DNA from: an uncultured Gammaproteobacteria bacterium
Lineage (GTDB): Bacteria; Patescibacteriota; Patescibacteriia; Patescibacteriales; JAGXOH01
DNA length: 19,161 bases
Direction: 5' to 3'
NCBI GenBank assembly: GCA_964585585.1
Contig: CAZPEL010000015.1
Location: 4,423 to 23,583, forward strand
In this document: piece by piece, positions 17,603 through 19,161 of the stretch
Layout: each line of letters opens with the position of its first letter
Numbering within the stretch: the first letter of the stretch is position 1
Translations under genes and position numbers: made by a program
The notes under the pieces: model-generated
Told to the model about the DNA's origin: nothing
What the model saw: the letters and a program-made list of their open reading frames with translations, nothing else
Database searches by the model: none

Positions 17603-18583
17603 CTAGATTTTTCTCCTAACATACCTAAGCATCTTATAAACATTGTACCATTTTTTAGCAAAAACCAAATCCCGAGTTCCGGGGTAATTCATCTCCATTC
17701 CGCCAAAACCTTTTTTGAATCTGGTTACTCCGGGCCATTTATCAGGATCGATCCCATAAAAATCATAATATCGGGACCCTCTGTTTCGGGCCTCTTGAAT
17801 GGCGCTCCATTGCAAGGCATAAGGAGCCATTACCTTTCTATGCTCATACGAAGAGGCCCCGTGCATATACCAAGCCACCTTACCGAAAAAAGCGAATAAA
17901 CCGGCGGCTACAACTTCTCCTCTGTATTCCGCCAGTTTTAATTTTATCATATCACCGCCCTGTTCCAATATTCCTTGATAATAGGACCTGGGGTGGGTGC
18001 GGAAATTATCCCTCTGTCCGGTCTGCTCCATTAACCGCCAAAATTGCTCAAAATCATCCTTGGTGCCATCTCTCGTTGTTACCCCTTTTTTAAAAGCTAA
18101 GCGAATATTATATCTGGTTTTCTGATGCATCTGTTTCATCAGATCCTCTTCCGGTCTCCCCAGGTCCAAAACCAAAGTTTTGCCGGGCTGGATCTCTATA
18201 GTGGGCTCTACTTTCCATTCCAGGTCCGGAGGAAGGTCAAAATTGGACTCCAAGCGAAGAAATATTGCTTTTTCTTTTTGGGCCAGATCTTCGATCTTTT
18301 TTAACAATCCGATCAAAATCTCTTCTTTGTTGCTAACATTCCTATCCAAAACCGGCCCGCGGGGGCAATAAAAATAACCCCTTTTCAGGGGCGTGGGTTT
18401 TAGGACTAAACCGGCACCGGCCACCAATTCCCCTGTTTCGCTCTCTACTCCTAAACGAAAAACTTTCCCGGACTGCTCGGCCTGAAAATCCAACCACCTA
18501 CTCGATTGCAAAAATTCGGGAAAACGGCGATTCTTTAAAAAATCATCCCACCTATTACTATCTTGTATCTCTACTATTTTCAT
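17603..18583 (-). CDS. FemAB/FemX-family aminoacyltransferase (peptidoglycan interpeptide-bridge formation-like, tRNA-dependent GNAT-fold)
   Basis: N-terminus W..FL....FLQSSRW..F....G...R.G is typical of FemX/FmhB proteins; about 326 aa. Adjacent to a Mur ligase. Confidence 0.65.
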   Translation of the reverse strand: MKIVEIQDSNRWDDFLKNRRFPEFLQSSRWLDFQAEQSGKVFRLGVESETGELVAGAGLVLKPTPLKRGYFYCPRGPVLDRNVSNKEEILIGLLKKIEDLAQKEKAIFLRLESNFDLPPDLEWKVEPTIEIQPGKTLVLDLGRPEEDLMKQMHQKTRYNIRLAFKKGVTTRDGTKDDFEQFWRLMEQTGQRDNFRTHPRSYYQGILEQGGDMIKLKLAEYRGEVVAAGLFAFFGKVAWYMHGASSYEHRKVMAPYALQWSAIQEARNRGSRYYDFYGIDPDKWPGVTRFKKGFGGMEMNYPGTRDLVFAKKWYNVYKMLRYVRRKI

Positions 18584-18603
18584 ATGATATAACTTTTAAA
18601 AAA

Positions 18604-18672
18604 ATATTGGATATTGGATATTTGATATTGGTCACAATATGATTAATATCCAGTATCCAATATCTAATATCA
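18604..18672. repeat. Heptamer-repeat palindromic intergenic element, copy 3: ATATTGG ATATTGG ATATTTG ATATTGG, 15-bp core, CCAGTATC CAATATC TAATATC
   Basis: Read directly. It ends 1 nt before the ruvA stop (18674-18676) and starts 21 bp after the femAB-like ATG (18581-18583). Confidence 0.7.
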
Positions 18673-18673
18673 A

Positions 18674-19161
18674 CTATTCAATATTCCTCAACGCCTCTCT
18701 TATTCTCTGCCCACTATCCTTGATCTCCGGATCTACTTTCTTTAAGGCCTCCCGGGCCTGGGGCATGGAATAACCCAGGGCCATCAAGGCGTCGATCTCG
18801 TCGCTACTGATCATAGCTCCGTTCGCACCTCCCGAAGATTGCTCGGAACCGGCTGTCGGAGTTAAAACTCCTATCTTATCCCTTAGCTCCACCACTATCC
18901 GGTCGGCTGTTCTCTTTCCTATGCCGGACACCTGAGTTAAAAGCGAGGCATCACCGCGGGAAATGTATTCTCGGAATTCGGCCGCTTCAGCCACAGAAGT
19001 GGCGCTCAAGGCGGACTTGGGTCCGATCCCGGATATGGACAACAAAAGCTCGAATAAATTCAGTTGCTCCCAAGATTCAAAACCATAAAGATCCAGAGCG
19101 TCCTCGCGGACATATTGGTGGGTATAAAGCTCAACCTCTTGACCTTTCTCCGCCCGAGGAA
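18674..19161 (-). CDS. ruvA: Holliday junction branch-migration protein RuvA (5' end beyond the window; at least 162 aa seen)
   Basis: The track ORF starts at a TTG, but the frame stays open to the window edge. Upstream codons read ...GQEVELYTHQYVREDALDLYGFESWEQLNLFELLLSISGIGPK, matching RuvA domain I/II with two HhH motifs (GIGPK, GIGKRTADRIV) and a C-terminal domain III. Confidence 0.8.
   Translation of the reverse strand, partial: PRAEKGQEVELYTHQYVREDALDLYGFESWEQLNLFELLLSISGIGPKSALSATSVAEAAEFREYISRGDASLLTQVSGIGKRTADRIVVELRDKIGVLTPTAGSEQSSGGANGAMISSDEIDALMALGYSMPQAREALKKVDPEIKDSGQRIREALRNIE

Noticed and set aside
18674-19045. RuvA as a complete 123-aa protein
   Set aside because: The apparent start is a TTG, and the reading frame continues without a stop to the window edge with a clear RuvA domain I sequence, so the gene is 5'-partial in this window.

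Overview
The window is a compact, AT-rich bacterial chromosomal segment. Most genes are on the minus strand. None of the starts I checked has a Shine-Dalgarno motif, and TGA/TAG are used as stops. The gene content (ADP-forming acetyl-CoA synthetase, FemAB-like protein, many small membrane hypotheticals) and lineage-specific RpoC insertions fit a reduced-genome lineage such as Patescibacteria/CPR; that placement is inference only. In coordinate order (which is reverse of transcription order for the minus-strand genes) the window holds: murJ; an ADP-forming acyl/acetyl-CoA synthetase (fused alpha/beta); an SPFH/band-7 membrane protein, a tiny membrane protein and a 475-aa secreted hypothetical; a divergent promoter region; maf with an overlapping small 2-TM gene on the plus strand; a bidirectional terminator; rpoC and rpoB, not flanked by ribosomal-protein genes; a 430-bp AT-rich leader containing DnaA-box-like 9-mers; a MurE-like Mur ligase lacking the usual N-terminal domain next to a FemAB-family aminoacyltransferase; and the 3' part of ruvA running off the window edge. 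The main non-genic signal is a family of three intergenic palindromic elements built from tandem heptamer repeats (GATATTG)n ... (CAATATC)n. Each lies exactly between the stop of one minus-strand gene and 10-21 bp before the start of the next (murJ/ACD junction, SPFH-operon/hypothetical junction, femAB/ruvA junction). Other signals are a perfect 23-bp inverted repeat downstream of murJ, tandem ATTCGGA direct repeats in the maf promoter, and a heavily structured femAB-to-Mur-ligase spacer. No tRNA, rRNA, CRISPR or obvious transposase genes were seen.
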